From contig CAZVHN010000354.1 in the NCBI GenBank assembly GCA_964626895.1, forward strand, positions 1 through 27,858: a stretch of 27,858 nucleotides of DNA. The letters run 5' to 3'. Both the position numbers and the translations under genes were made by a program. This DNA is from an uncultured Chloracidobacterium sp. (GTDB lineage Bacteria > Acidobacteriota > Blastocatellia > Pyrinomonadales > Pyrinomonadaceae). Shown piece by piece: positions 1-8,339 of the stretch. The notes under the pieces are model-generated. The model worked only from the letters and a program-made list of their open reading frames with translations. It was not told the origin of the DNA and did no database searches. Position 1 is the first letter of the stretch; each line of letters opens with the position of its first letter.

Positions 1-1420
1 CCTGTGTAGAGCTGACCAAACCAGGGAATGGTGCCTCGAGGCCGTTGAACGTATCGGGTGACAATATGTTCTTAAAGTAGTTGAGCACGAACTCGAACTT
101 ATGTGAGCCGAGCCGCGTGTCCTTTACCAACTGATGGTCATAGCGTCCAACGTACTTATCGTTGTTACTCACGCCGGAAACATTGTACCGGAATCCCGCC
201 GTGTTAAAACCGTCACCTACGTCCGTATTATTTGGCAACGGCGTGGTTCCGATGATCCCCATCGTGTTCGGATTCAATGTGTTTTGATTTCCAATCGCAA
301 GCAGATTTACGGTTTGTGTGCCTGGCGCACAGGCCGGATTGGTACCACAGATTCTGGTATAGCGGAATGTCCCCTGCCGGGCCTCGGGCGTAAGGACTGT
401 TCGATTTCGGGTTACCGAAAAATTATCCCGAAAGCCCTCGTATGCAAAGAAGAACTGAGCAGTATCCTTTCCGTTCCAAATTGACGGTCCGCCCTCTCCA
501 ACCTTCGGGAAGTAGATGGGGCCACCAACATCGAAACCAAAAAAGTGCTGGTTTTGCCTCCCCCGCGGCGTCCCAAGTGCGTTGTTAAAAAAGGTGTTGG
601 CTTGCAACGCGTCATTGCGGTTCATATAGAATAAGCCGCCATGAAACTCATTGGTTCCCCCCTTGGTCACGAGAGTTACCTGGCCGACTCCTCTTCCCTG
701 TTCGGAACCGACGGTTCCTGTGGTGATGGTGAACTCAGCAGTTGAATTCAATGACGGAGTGCTGATGGCAAACAATGAACTGGTCTTTACGAAGTTGTCC
801 ATTGCGTTGATGCCGTCTTGTGTTACGTTGGTCGCAGACTGGCGAAGACCGGCAATAGACGATCCTCGCACGTCAGTTCCGACAACCGCGATCCCGGCTT
901 GAAGACCCGCAAGCTCCAGCGGATTACGCGTTGGCAGCGGCAGGTCCTTAACCTGTCTCGTGCTAATAGTATTAGTCAGGGACGGACTGGATGAATTGAT
1001 CGTCTCCTGACTGGCAGTTACCGTAACCACCTCTGCCGCCAATCCGACCTCCAACGGTATGTTCACTTCAGCATTAGATGCAACCGAGACGACAATATTG
1101 CGGGCTATTGCCCGCCTGAAGCCCTTGGCCTCAACAGTAATCGTGTATGTGCCTGGCTGCAGAGCCTGGAAATCGAATGTTCCCGTACTGCTGGATACTG
1201 CACTGCGCTCGGCGGCCGTTGCTGTGTTAACAAGCGTCACGCTCGCACCCGCTACAACCGCATTGCTCTGGTCAAGAGTTGTTCCCGATAAGGAACCAGT
1301 TGTTTGAGCCTGAATAGCGACTTGGGTCATAGAAATCGCCAAGCCGACCATCAACATTTTGGCGAAGGTCGCGAACACCGGCCTTGCGAAAACTCTCACT
1401 GGGGAAGTTGAATTTTTCAT
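1..1420 (-). CDS. TonB-dependent receptor-like outer-membrane protein (Oar-like, N-terminal carboxypeptidase-regulatory-like domain), 5' part; runs off window start
   Basis: Not in the ORF track because its stop lies outside the window. Manual translation from ATG at 1420 (AAGGAG RBS upstream) is open to base 1: MKNSTSPVRVF..signal peptide..QTTGSLSGTTLDQSNAVVAGASVTL..LQPGTYTITVEAKGF..LPLPTRNPLEL..VTKGGTNEFHG..RNDALQANTFFNN. These motifs are typical of acidobacterial TonB-dependent receptors. Confidence 0.9.
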   Translation of the reverse strand, partial: MKNSTSPVRVFARPVFATFAKMLMVGLAISMTQVAIQAQTTGSLSGTTLDQSNAVVAGASVTLVNTATAAERSAVSSSTGTFDFQALQPGTYTITVEAKGFRRAIARNIVVSVASNAEVNIPLEVGLAAEVVTVTASQETINSSSPSLTNTISTRQVKDLPLPTRNPLELAGLQAGIAVVGTDVRGSSIAGLRQSATNVTQDGINAMDNFVKTSSLFAISTPSLNSTAEFTITTGTVGSEQGRGVGQVTLVTKGGTNEFHGGLFYMNRNDALQANTFFNNALGTPRGRQNQHFFGFDVGGPIYFPKVGEGGPSIWNGKDTAQFFFAYEGFRDNFSVTRNRTVLTPEARQGTFRYTRICGTNPACAPGTQTVNLLAIGNQNTLNPNTMGIIGTTPLPNNTDVGDGFNTAGFRYNVSGVSNNDKYVGRYDHQLVKDTRLGSHKFEFVLNYFKNILSPDTFNGLEAPFPGLVSSTQ

Positions 1421-1573
1421 GGTTGCTCCTTGTATGGGGAACGGGTTGTTTGTCTGGGCAACCCTATCTCTTTTTCGCCGGGGTACGGTCGCGAGGCTTT
1501 AGTTGATTCTTCTTAAGCGAAACGTGCATAGAGGCAGGGATGCCAACACTTTTAGCGCGCTTTTAGTGTACTG

Positions 1574-1588
1574 GCAATGCGTGTGCCG
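1574..1588 (-). promoter_or_regulatory. Candidate sigma54 (-24/-12) promoter of the TonB-dependent receptor
   Basis: Minus strand reads CGGCAC-ACGCA-TTGC, i.e. GG-N10-GC, matching TGGCAC-N5-TTGC at all but the first base; about 150 nt upstream of the ATG. Confidence 0.45.
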
Positions 1589-1711
1589 CTTGGCTCGCAG
1601 CGGGCAAGCTCTTAATTTATTAGCATTTAAGACAACGCAGCCCAATATGAATCTCTATAAATTTGGATAACCCTACAAATATTCCAAGGAATTCAACTTA
1701 CAGTCTGGCCG

Positions 1712-1792
1712 TCAAGCCCGGTGACTTGCAGGCATAAAGAAGGGGGCACAGCCGCTTTGCCCCTTCCCAACCTGCAAGTTAGCGGGGCTTGA
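1712..1792. repeat. REP-like long hairpin carrying the GCTTTGCCCC(C)TTCCCAACC motif
   Basis: Nested arms TCAAGCCC/GGGCTTGA, GACTTGCAGG/CCTGCAAGTT and GAAGGGGGCA/TGCCCCTTC; the same motif recurs at 20.4-20.7 kb. Confidence 0.75.
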
Positions 1793-1872
1793 GCCGTCCT
1801 TTTGGGGATCACTGGGATTGACACAGTCTCAATAGCGACCGTGTCGAGGTCAGTCCGTATGATCACCCCGAG

Positions 1873-2964
1873 TCATTCCATCAACTTGATAAAACGCCGG
1901 AAGTGATGGACCGCGTCGTGTGGGCCTGGAGCGGCTTCGGGATGGTATTGAACTGATATGATCGGCAGTGTCTTGTGCCGCATCCCTTCAACGCAACCGT
2001 CGTTTAGATTGACGTGCGTCACCTCGACTTCGGCGGGTAGGCTGCCGGCTTCAACAGCAAAGCCGTGATTGTGTGACGTAATCTCAACTCCGCCTTCCTT
2101 GAGGTCTTTCACCGGCTGATTTCCGCCTCGATGTCCAAACATAAGTTTGAACGTTTTGCCTCCAAACGCGCGACCCAGCAACTGGTGCCCAAAACAAATT
2201 CCAAAAGTGGGTACGGCTGCTCTAACTAGTTGGCGGATCTCCTCGACTTCTTTGTTCATCGAAGCCGGATCTCCGGGACCATTGGACAGAAATATGCCGT
2301 CGGGTTTGAGCGCCAGAACTTCGGCGGCGGGTGTTGCGGCAGGGACGACTGTAATGCGACAACCAAGGCCGGCCAGGTGTCGGAGTGAATTTCGCTTGAC
2401 TCCAAAGTCATAACACACGACGTGAAACCGTTGCTGGCCTTCGGACTCAACCTCGTATGGTTGTTTGGTCGTGACGACGCTGGCCAACTCACGGTTTTCC
2501 ATCGAAGGTGATTTGCGTGCCTTCTCAACAGCGCTCGTTTCATCTGTATCGATGGTTGAGATGCAGGCGCGCATCGCGCCCTTGTCGCGAATGTGTCGTA
2601 CCAGGGCGCGCGTGTCGATTCCTTCCATCGCGACGATGTTCCATCTTTTCAAATAGTCGTCGAGGCTTTCTTCAGCGCGCCAGTTTGAAGCCATCCGGCT
2701 GGCCTCGCGAACCACAAACCCTTCGACCCAGGGACGGTCGGATTCCTCGTCAGCGCGGTTTACGCCGTAATTGCCAATGAGCGGATATGTCATACAGACG
2801 ATCTGCCCGGCATACGAGGGATCTGTCAGCACTTCCTGATAGCCCGTCATGGAAGTGTTGAATACCATCTCACCGCATGCTTCACCATCCGCAGCCCATG
2901 AGCGACCACGAAAAGTGCGGCCATCTTCAAGGGCTAATATGGCAGCCTTTTGACTACTGAGCAT
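1873..2964 (-). CDS. carA: Carbamoyl-phosphate synthase small subunit (glutamine amidotransferase)
   Basis: [18 protein letters not shown], catalytic [19 protein letters not shown] motifs. Likely start is the ATG at 2964 ([15 protein letters not shown]); the ORF-track start 2988 lies within a heptamer repeat. Confidence 0.97.
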   Translation of the reverse strand: MLSSQKAAILALEDGRTFRGRSWAADGEACGEMVFNTSMTGYQEVLTDPSYAGQIVCMTYPLIGNYGVNRADEESDRPWVEGFVVREASRMASNWRAEESLDDYLKRWNIVAMEGIDTRALVRHIRDKGAMRACISTIDTDETSAVEKARKSPSMENRELASVVTTKQPYEVESEGQQRFHVVCYDFGVKRNSLRHLAGLGCRITVVPAATPAAEVLALKPDGIFLSNGPGDPASMNKEVEEIRQLVRAAVPTFGICFGHQLLGRAFGGKTFKLMFGHRGGNQPVKDLKEGGVEITSHNHGFAVEAGSLPAEVEVTHVNLNDGCVEGMRHKTLPIISVQYHPEAAPGPHDAVHHFRRFIKLME

Positions 2965-2975
2965 TGCTTTCTCGT

Positions 2976-3052
2976 GTCCAAAGTCCAACGTCCAATGCCC
3001 AACGCCTGTCTACTGTTCTTTGCATTTGGACATTGGACTCTGGACTTTGGAC
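2976..3052. repeat. Inverted pair of tandem heptamer arrays (GTCCAAN-like units)
   Basis: Left arm GTCCAAAGTCCAACGTCCAATGCCCAACGC; right arm reverse-complement GTCCAAAGTCCAGAGTCCAATGTCCAAATGCA. Confidence 0.8.
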
Positions 3053-3058
3053 CATCCT

Positions 3059-4363
3059 TTAGATCTGCGATCTGAGAAACTGTTGGGCTTCGTTGAGCCA
3101 GCGCTTGTCGGCGCGATACTTGTAAGCCGGTGCGGTTTTGACGGCTTCAATGCAGGCTTGCATGGAGCTGGTTGCTTCGCGCTGGTGGCCCAGGCCCGCG
3201 TGCGCCCGGCCCATCAGATAGAGCGCTTCGGGGTCTGACGGTCGGTGCTCGAGGAATTGTTCCAGAGCATTGCGGGCGTCTTCAAACTGTCCTGCGGCAA
3301 GGTAAGTTGCGCCCACCTCACGCCAGAGTTCGTTCTGCGCGTGGGAGCGATCGCGAGAAACCACCTGTTCAAAATTCTTAACGGCGTCGGCCAGGCGCTT
3401 TTGTTGTCGGGCAATTCGTCCGAGCTGGTAATGCGCATCGATTTCGTCATCGTCGATTTGCACCGCTCGCTCGAACCGCTCTCGCGCCTGCTCCAGCTCT
3501 CCGCGCTGTTGATGAATAAGGCCCAGGTTGTAGTGCGCTGATGCGTCCGCCGGATTTAACGTGGCAGCCTCAAGGTTCTGCCTGAACGACTCGCGTGCCC
3601 GTTGCGTGCGCGTGAACTCGCCGACATATCCGCGCAGTAATAAGAACAACATCAAAAGCAGGAAAGGTGATGCCAGAATCGTGCCCAGGATGGGAATCAA
3701 CTTATACGCCGGCAGGAGCAGAGCGCCGCTGACCAACACCACGATCACCGCGCGAAACCAGGAAAGACGAAAAACTGTGCGCAGCGCCAGAACAGCCCAG
3801 ACAGCAAAGACCCCAGCCAATGCCATTACCGAAAGGCCTGCGGCAATTAGTTCAGCACTAAGGATTCCTTGTTCGATCGCCGCCAGCACTTCCGGATTGA
3901 GCTGACTACGTTGTTCCATCACAACCGAAACCATCCTGCTGGATAGTGTCCGTTGTACCCCAGTAAGCCAGCCGACAGTCGTGAGAATCGTAGTAATCAG
4001 GCTTGCCGCAGTTAATGCATGAAACATGGTCGCCGCCAAAGCGGCATACTCTTGTTGAAGTAATAATCTGAAGCTCGCCCGTCGCTCAAAGATATTAGCG
4101 AGAAAGAGGGTCAGCGGACAGAAGACAAAAGCAATGATCACGAGGGAGCCGGCAGATTGGAACAATACAAAACCTATTGCGAGCGGCTGGCGAGGATTGA
4201 TGAGGTGTCCCAGATAAAACCAGGAGAGTGAAAAAAAGAACAAGCCGTGGGCCAGGAGCGCAACTAATCCGGCGGGAGCCAGAGCACCCCGGTCACGCAC
4301 TTCACGCATGGCGCGCGCGGGCGCGTAGAACATCATCAGGACGAGTCGTAACCAATTAAGCAT
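3059..4363 (-). CDS. Multi-pass membrane protein (Yip1-like N-terminus) with C-terminal TPR repeats
   Basis: About 6-7 hydrophobic segments in the first ~245 aa; TPR motifs ASAHYNLGLIHQQRG, DAHYQLGRIAR, EALYLMGRAHAGLG. Confidence 0.8.
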   Translation of the reverse strand: MLNWLRLVLMMFYAPARAMREVRDRGALAPAGLVALLAHGLFFFSLSWFYLGHLINPRQPLAIGFVLFQSAGSLVIIAFVFCPLTLFLANIFERRASFRLLLQQEYAALAATMFHALTAASLITTILTTVGWLTGVQRTLSSRMVSVVMEQRSQLNPEVLAAIEQGILSAELIAAGLSVMALAGVFAVWAVLALRTVFRLSWFRAVIVVLVSGALLLPAYKLIPILGTILASPFLLLMLFLLLRGYVGEFTRTQRARESFRQNLEAATLNPADASAHYNLGLIHQQRGELEQARERFERAVQIDDDEIDAHYQLGRIARQQKRLADAVKNFEQVVSRDRSHAQNELWREVGATYLAAGQFEDARNALEQFLEHRPSDPEALYLMGRAHAGLGHQREATSSMQACIEAVKTAPAYKYRADKRWLNEAQQFLRSQI

Positions 4364-4390
4364 TCCGAAACCAGGGAATAAGAATAGGGA

Positions 4391-5113
4391 TTAATCCTGA
4401 TCGTAATTCTCAGTCGGAGTCTCCTGCACAGTGGGCCGATATGATGACGGGGAGGGCACCGCGGGTGAGACATTCTCGTGATGAATTACACTGGCAGCAT
4501 TTAGCGGCCAGTACCGGAACAGGGCCTTGCCGTAGATGTATTTCTTGGGCACAAGTCCCCAGATTCGCGAGTCGCTCGAATTGTCGCGGTTGTCGCCCAT
4601 CACAAAGTAGTAGTTTGGCCTGACGTAAACCGGAGTCTGGCTCCGATGCGCTAGGTTAAACCTCGAATCGAGGTACATCTCGTTCAGATCCCTACCGTTT
4701 ACGCGAACAACTCCCTCGTGTATTTCCACCGTATCGCCGGGCAGACCGAGGACACGCTTGATGTAGCTCTTGGAAGGGTCATCAGGAAACCAAAACACGA
4801 CTATGTCCCCCCGTTCGATCTTTGGCGCCCAGCGATACTCGTCATAATAGACAAGCTTGTTTACAAAAATTCTCTCGCCATCATGCAGCCTGGGCAGCAT
4901 CGACGTGCCTTCTACTTTTACCGGTTGCACGACGAACACCACCACGAGCACTGCAACCATCAAGGCGAATAGAAGATCGCGCAGCAGCAGGCGGGCTTCG
5001 CCCCAGAGATTGGCCTGGGATTCCTGCGCGGGGATTTGAACTTGAATATCCTTGTCGTCGCTGACATGGACTCCGCCGAAAGGCGGCAGACGAGGGGTTC
5101 TAATTCCTAACAT
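4391..5113 (-). CDS. lepB: Signal peptidase I
   Basis: TM anchor followed by VEGTSMLP (catalytic Ser), YIKRVLGLPGD (catalytic Lys) and GDNRDNSSDSR box E. Confidence 0.95.
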   Translation of the reverse strand: MLGIRTPRLPPFGGVHVSDDKDIQVQIPAQESQANLWGEARLLLRDLLFALMVAVLVVVFVVQPVKVEGTSMLPRLHDGERIFVNKLVYYDEYRWAPKIERGDIVVFWFPDDPSKSYIKRVLGLPGDTVEIHEGVVRVNGRDLNEMYLDSRFNLAHRSQTPVYVRPNYYFVMGDNRDNSSDSRIWGLVPKKYIYGKALFRYWPLNAASVIHHENVSPAVPSPSSYRPTVQETPTENYDQD

Positions 5114-5180
5114 ATTCTTACCGAAAAAGATGCTTTCACTCTTTCAAACGTTGGATGCCGGCTGCTCTCCGGGCAAGCTG

Positions 5181-5209
5181 AGGTTAGCTGCCGCTCACAT
5201 CCTTGTCAA
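5181..5209 (-). promoter_or_regulatory. Sigma70-type promoter for lepB
   Basis: Minus strand TTGACA-N17-TAACCT, about 60 nt upstream of the lepB ATG. Confidence 0.6.
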
Positions 5210-5320
5210 ACGCGACCGTACGTGGTTGGCGGCGGGATAACCAACGCCCTCCGACGGACGTTTGGACGCGCGTGTAGGGCCTGTCAAAGCGTAAATCCCA
5301 CTCAGTAAAGAAAAAGGAGT

Positions 5321-5588
5321 GGTAGCGACGGAATTCCGGGCACTCAACTGAAGCAGGAGTCTCACTCAACGCTCAGAACCGTTTTGCGATAGCCAATGGA
5401 TGCTAGCACTCAACACACCATTCAAGCACTCAATTACAAAGCAGGGGCCGCTACCGCAACCGTGGTGCCTTTGAGTGGCTTCCACTCGGGTTGAATGCCG
5501 GGATCCATTGGCTACCGCAAATGGTTCCGTGTGTTGAGTGACTCCTGCTGGGTTGAGTGCTGGGATCCATTGGCTCGCAAATGGTGCA
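5321..5588. repeat. Composite REP/BIME-like palindrome with two ~100-bp inverted arms
   Basis: Left arm 5321-5416 and right arm 5489-5588 are imperfect inverted copies. Each arm holds two units of ~GCGGTAGCCAATGGATNNNNGCACTCAAC separated by AGCAGGAGT(CT)CACTCAAC. Confidence 0.8.
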
Positions 5589-5623
5589 TTTCCTGGCGAA
5601 CTCGTTGAACCGTTTGCGTTTGC

Positions 5624-5653
5624 TTGACAGTGTTCGCCGCCGGTCTCTATCAT
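5624..5653 (+). promoter_or_regulatory. Sigma70-type promoter for the HU/IHF gene
   Basis: TTGACA-N18-TATCAT, about 60 nt upstream of the GTG start; GGAGG RBS at 5701-5705. Confidence 0.55.
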
Positions 5654-5713
5654 CGCACCCTCAATTCTAGAGGCAGTTGGGATTCCTTCTTGGAGTAAAC
5701 GGAGGCTGAAGTC

Positions 5714-6031
5714 GTGATCAAATTGGACATCATCAACCGGGTAGCGGAGAAGACCGGAGTTCCCAAGATGAAAGCGGAACAAGCGGTTGATGCGCTTTTC
5801 CATTCGATGAAGGAAGCGCTCACGCGAGGTGAGCGAATCGAGCTACGCGGCTTTGGCGTGTTTGTGGTTAAGCCACGTAAACGTGGGGTGGGACGAAATC
5901 CCAGGACGGGCGAAGAGGTGGCGATTCCTTCAGGCAAGACGATTCGATTCAAGCCCGGAAAAGAACTGCAGGCCCACGAGGATGGCGAAATGACGGACGA
6001 TCATTCCGGGGCAAGCGATTCAGATTCTTGA
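5714..6031 (+). CDS. HU/IHF-family DNA-binding protein with acidic C-terminal tail
   Basis: RIELRGFGVF, GRNPRTGEEVAIP and RFKPGKEL motifs; GTG start with GGAGG RBS. Confidence 0.95.
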   Translation: MIKLDIINRVAEKTGVPKMKAEQAVDALFHSMKEALTRGERIELRGFGVFVVKPRKRGVGRNPRTGEEVAIPSGKTIRFKPGKELQAHEDGEMTDDHSGASDSDS

Positions 6032-6058
6032 CAGAAGGCCCACCACTTTAAGCTTCTC

Positions 6059-6099
6059 AAGGCTAGAGACTGGAACAGAGGCATCCAGAATCTAGCCTT
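6059..6099 (+). terminator. Stem-loop after the HU gene (possible terminator or RNA stabiliser)
   Basis: AAGGCTAGA/TCTAGCCTT 9-bp stem plus inner CTGG/CCAG; only a short T run follows. Confidence 0.35.
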
Positions 6100-6119
6100 T
6101 AAACTCTAACCAGCGCCCA

Positions 6120-7142
6120 ATGTCAGAATCGACCCAGTCAATCCCTCCCTTTGTGAAAGCTCGCCAAAGCGTTGCCCTCCGAGTAGCTCCAAGTCCCACG
6201 GCGCGCGAGTGGATGCTACACGCAAGCCTCTTCTTGATTACCATCGTCACGACCACGGTCGCTGGGATAGTCATCGCCGGCCCTGAGGTCGATGTGCCAC
6301 CGCCCGCTCTGTCGGGGGTGATCGATTATTTGTTATTCGTTCCGCAATACTATCTTCGCAGCGTTATCGCCCTGCTTGGTTTCACTGTTCAGCATCCACA
6401 GCTTCTGGCGGACGGGTTGGTCTTTTCGGCGGCGTTGCTCGCCATACTCACTGCTCATGAGATGGGCCATTACGTCGCGTGCCGTCGTTATGGCGTCGCT
6501 GCCACTTTGCCTTTTTTCATTCCAGCCCCACCACTATTCCTGGCTGGAACTTTTGGCGCATTCATCAAGATCAAGTCACCGATTCCTTCCCGGCGCGCAC
6601 TGTTTGACATCGGACTTGCAGGCCCCTTAGCGGGCTTTGTGGTCGCGGTACCGATCGCGTTGGTGGGCGTCTTGAGTATGCAGCCTGCGGTGCAGGGTGG
6701 TGGCTATGGAATCGTATTTAACGACCCGCTGCTATTTCGGTTACTGGCCAGATTGTTGGGTACACCTCTCGATCCCTACTCTCCAATCAACCCCTATTAC
6801 ATGGCTGGATGGATTGGCTTACTGGTCACGAGCTTGAATCTGATGCCGGTGGGACAACTCGATGGTGGGCACGGAATCTTTGCCATGTTTGGGCAACGGG
6901 CCCACAAAGTTATCGGTCGAGTTGCTTTCGCGGCAATAGCCGTGCTGGCGGTGCTGGGATTTGTCTGGTACGGGAGCCCGAGTGGATTTCTCTATACGGT
7001 GTTGTTGGCCATCATGCTGCGGGTGGGTCATCCGCAACCCGAAGAGATGGAACCCCTGGGACTGGTTCGTACTTGGATCGCAGTAGTTACTCTGATCGTC
7101 TTCGCGCTCTGCTTCTGGCCGTTCCCAATCACCCTCACTTAA
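6120..7142 (+). CDS. Site-2 protease (peptidase M50) family intramembrane metalloprotease
   Basis: HEMGH zinc motif, FDIGLAGPLAG, NLMPVGQLDGGH, multiple TM segments. Confidence 0.93.
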   Translation: MSESTQSIPPFVKARQSVALRVAPSPTAREWMLHASLFLITIVTTTVAGIVIAGPEVDVPPPALSGVIDYLLFVPQYYLRSVIALLGFTVQHPQLLADGLVFSAALLAILTAHEMGHYVACRRYGVAATLPFFIPAPPLFLAGTFGAFIKIKSPIPSRRALFDIGLAGPLAGFVVAVPIALVGVLSMQPAVQGGGYGIVFNDPLLFRLLARLLGTPLDPYSPINPYYMAGWIGLLVTSLNLMPVGQLDGGHGIFAMFGQRAHKVIGRVAFAAIAVLAVLGFVWYGSPSGFLYTVLLAIMLRVGHPQPEEMEPLGLVRTWIAVVTLIVFALCFWPFPITLT

Positions 7143-7226
7143 AGAGCAATCACCGTTTGGCGGGCGGAGTCGAGTAGTCTCACTCCGACTACACTAATCC
7201 TCTGGTTGGTTTTTTTGGCGGTTACG

Positions 7227-8198
7227 TCAAGGAGTAGCCACAGCGGGCAGCAGCCCTTTGATCTCGCGCACCACACGCGCCACCTCTTCCTGATCGGCGA
7301 GAGCAATCATGAAGAATTTGTAACCCTGATGAAAACAGATGACCCCGTTGGCAAAAAGCCAGACGCCGTCGAGAAATGGATTGCCGCCCAGTAGCCAACT
7401 GATCGGCGCTCCGGTTATCTGACCGGGTTGTACGATTTGGGCAAACATGGCCGCACCTGCAGCGCAACTGAAGGCACCAAGCAAAGGAGCGCCAACATAC
7501 TTCGTCATGTTGCGTTCAAACTCGACGCGTTTACGCTCGGCTTCGCTGAGTTTACCCTGCGCGATTAGTTCTTCTTGTTTACGTAGGTGGCGGTCGAATT
7601 TTTCGCTAAGTTTTTGCAGACCAAAAACAGGTAGCGCTGAATGTGTAAGCCAGTGTGGGTGCGAGCCCAGCAGCACTGAGTCGAGGCCCGGGAAAGAAGC
7701 ACCCATCCTCACGCCAAGAACAAGTGAAAAAGAAACCATCGCGGCCTTGCCGGGATTCTCCTTGATCCAGTCGCGGGCTTTGATCAGTCCGCCTGTGGCC
7801 GCGCTCGAAGCCCGTGTGAACTTTGCTCCCGTATCGTAAATCTGTGAAGCGCGATCGTAGTATGTCTTCGCATCGTTGATGGCTTCGCCGGCTTTCTTAC
7901 CCGCACCTTCGGCCACCCCGCGGACAACCTTACTGGCTTGCTTTGCCCCGCGTAGCGCCTCTTCCGCCAAGCGCTTGGCCGCATCACCGACCTCACCTTC
8001 GTCGGTCAGCCGTTCCGCTTCGACACGTACTTTCTCGGCCCCGCTGGAAAGAGTTTCAGCGCCGCGTTTGGCGGCCTTCTCAGCGACCCGAGATCCCTCC
8101 TCAACAAGATCGGAGATTGCATACTTCTCATCAAGCTCGCGTGCCTTGCGCCGCGCCGCTCGCTGCCATTCATCAATCTTTTCCTTGTAATCAGCCAT
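7227..8198 (-). CDS. Hypothetical protein: Ala/Lys/Glu-rich amphipathic N-half plus membrane-associated C-half
   Basis: 323-aa ORF; LEA/apolipoprotein-like composition, then WIKENPGKAAMVSFSLVLG (ElaB/YqjD-like) and further hydrophobic segments. Confidence 0.7.
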   Translation of the reverse strand: MADYKEKIDEWQRAARRKARELDEKYAISDLVEEGSRVAEKAAKRGAETLSSGAEKVRVEAERLTDEGEVGDAAKRLAEEALRGAKQASKVVRGVAEGAGKKAGEAINDAKTYYDRASQIYDTGAKFTRASSAATGGLIKARDWIKENPGKAAMVSFSLVLGVRMGASFPGLDSVLLGSHPHWLTHSALPVFGLQKLSEKFDRHLRKQEELIAQGKLSEAERKRVEFERNMTKYVGAPLLGAFSCAAGAAMFAQIVQPGQITGAPISWLLGGNPFLDGVWLFANGVICFHQGYKFFMIALADQEEVARVVREIKGLLPAVATP

Positions 8199-8217
8199 CT
8201 CTTTCCTCGAAGAAAAC

Positions 8218-8339
8218 GGTTTCGGGCGTCAGGTACCGGTTGTCGGTTCAGGGGGTGGTTCCGAAATGGCAAAGTCAAAAAACCGAACTTGAGATCACCA
8301 ACATCATATCCGACACCTAGCACCCGAAACCAGACACCT
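8218..8339. repeat. Degenerate inverted heptamer-type repeats overlapping the 3' end of the GGDEF gene
   Basis: GGTTTCGGGCGTCAGGT (8218-8234) versus the reverse complement of 8315-8331, GGTTTCGGGTGCTAGGT (13/17 identical). Confidence 0.55.

Noticed and set aside
134-1307. Short plus-strand ORFs and the 412-615 ORF
   Set aside because: All overlap the continuous minus-strand TonB receptor frame.
5321-5588. Possible CRISPR array
   Set aside because: Units occur in both orientations, are degenerate, lack unique regular spacers, and there are no cas genes.
5184-5803. ORFs 5184-5369 and 5366-5803 on the minus strand
   Set aside because: They run through promoters, the palindromic repeat and the HU gene; no motifs.
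5650-5952. 100-aa antisense ORF over the HU gene
   Set aside because: Exact antisense shadow of a well-supported HU/IHF gene.
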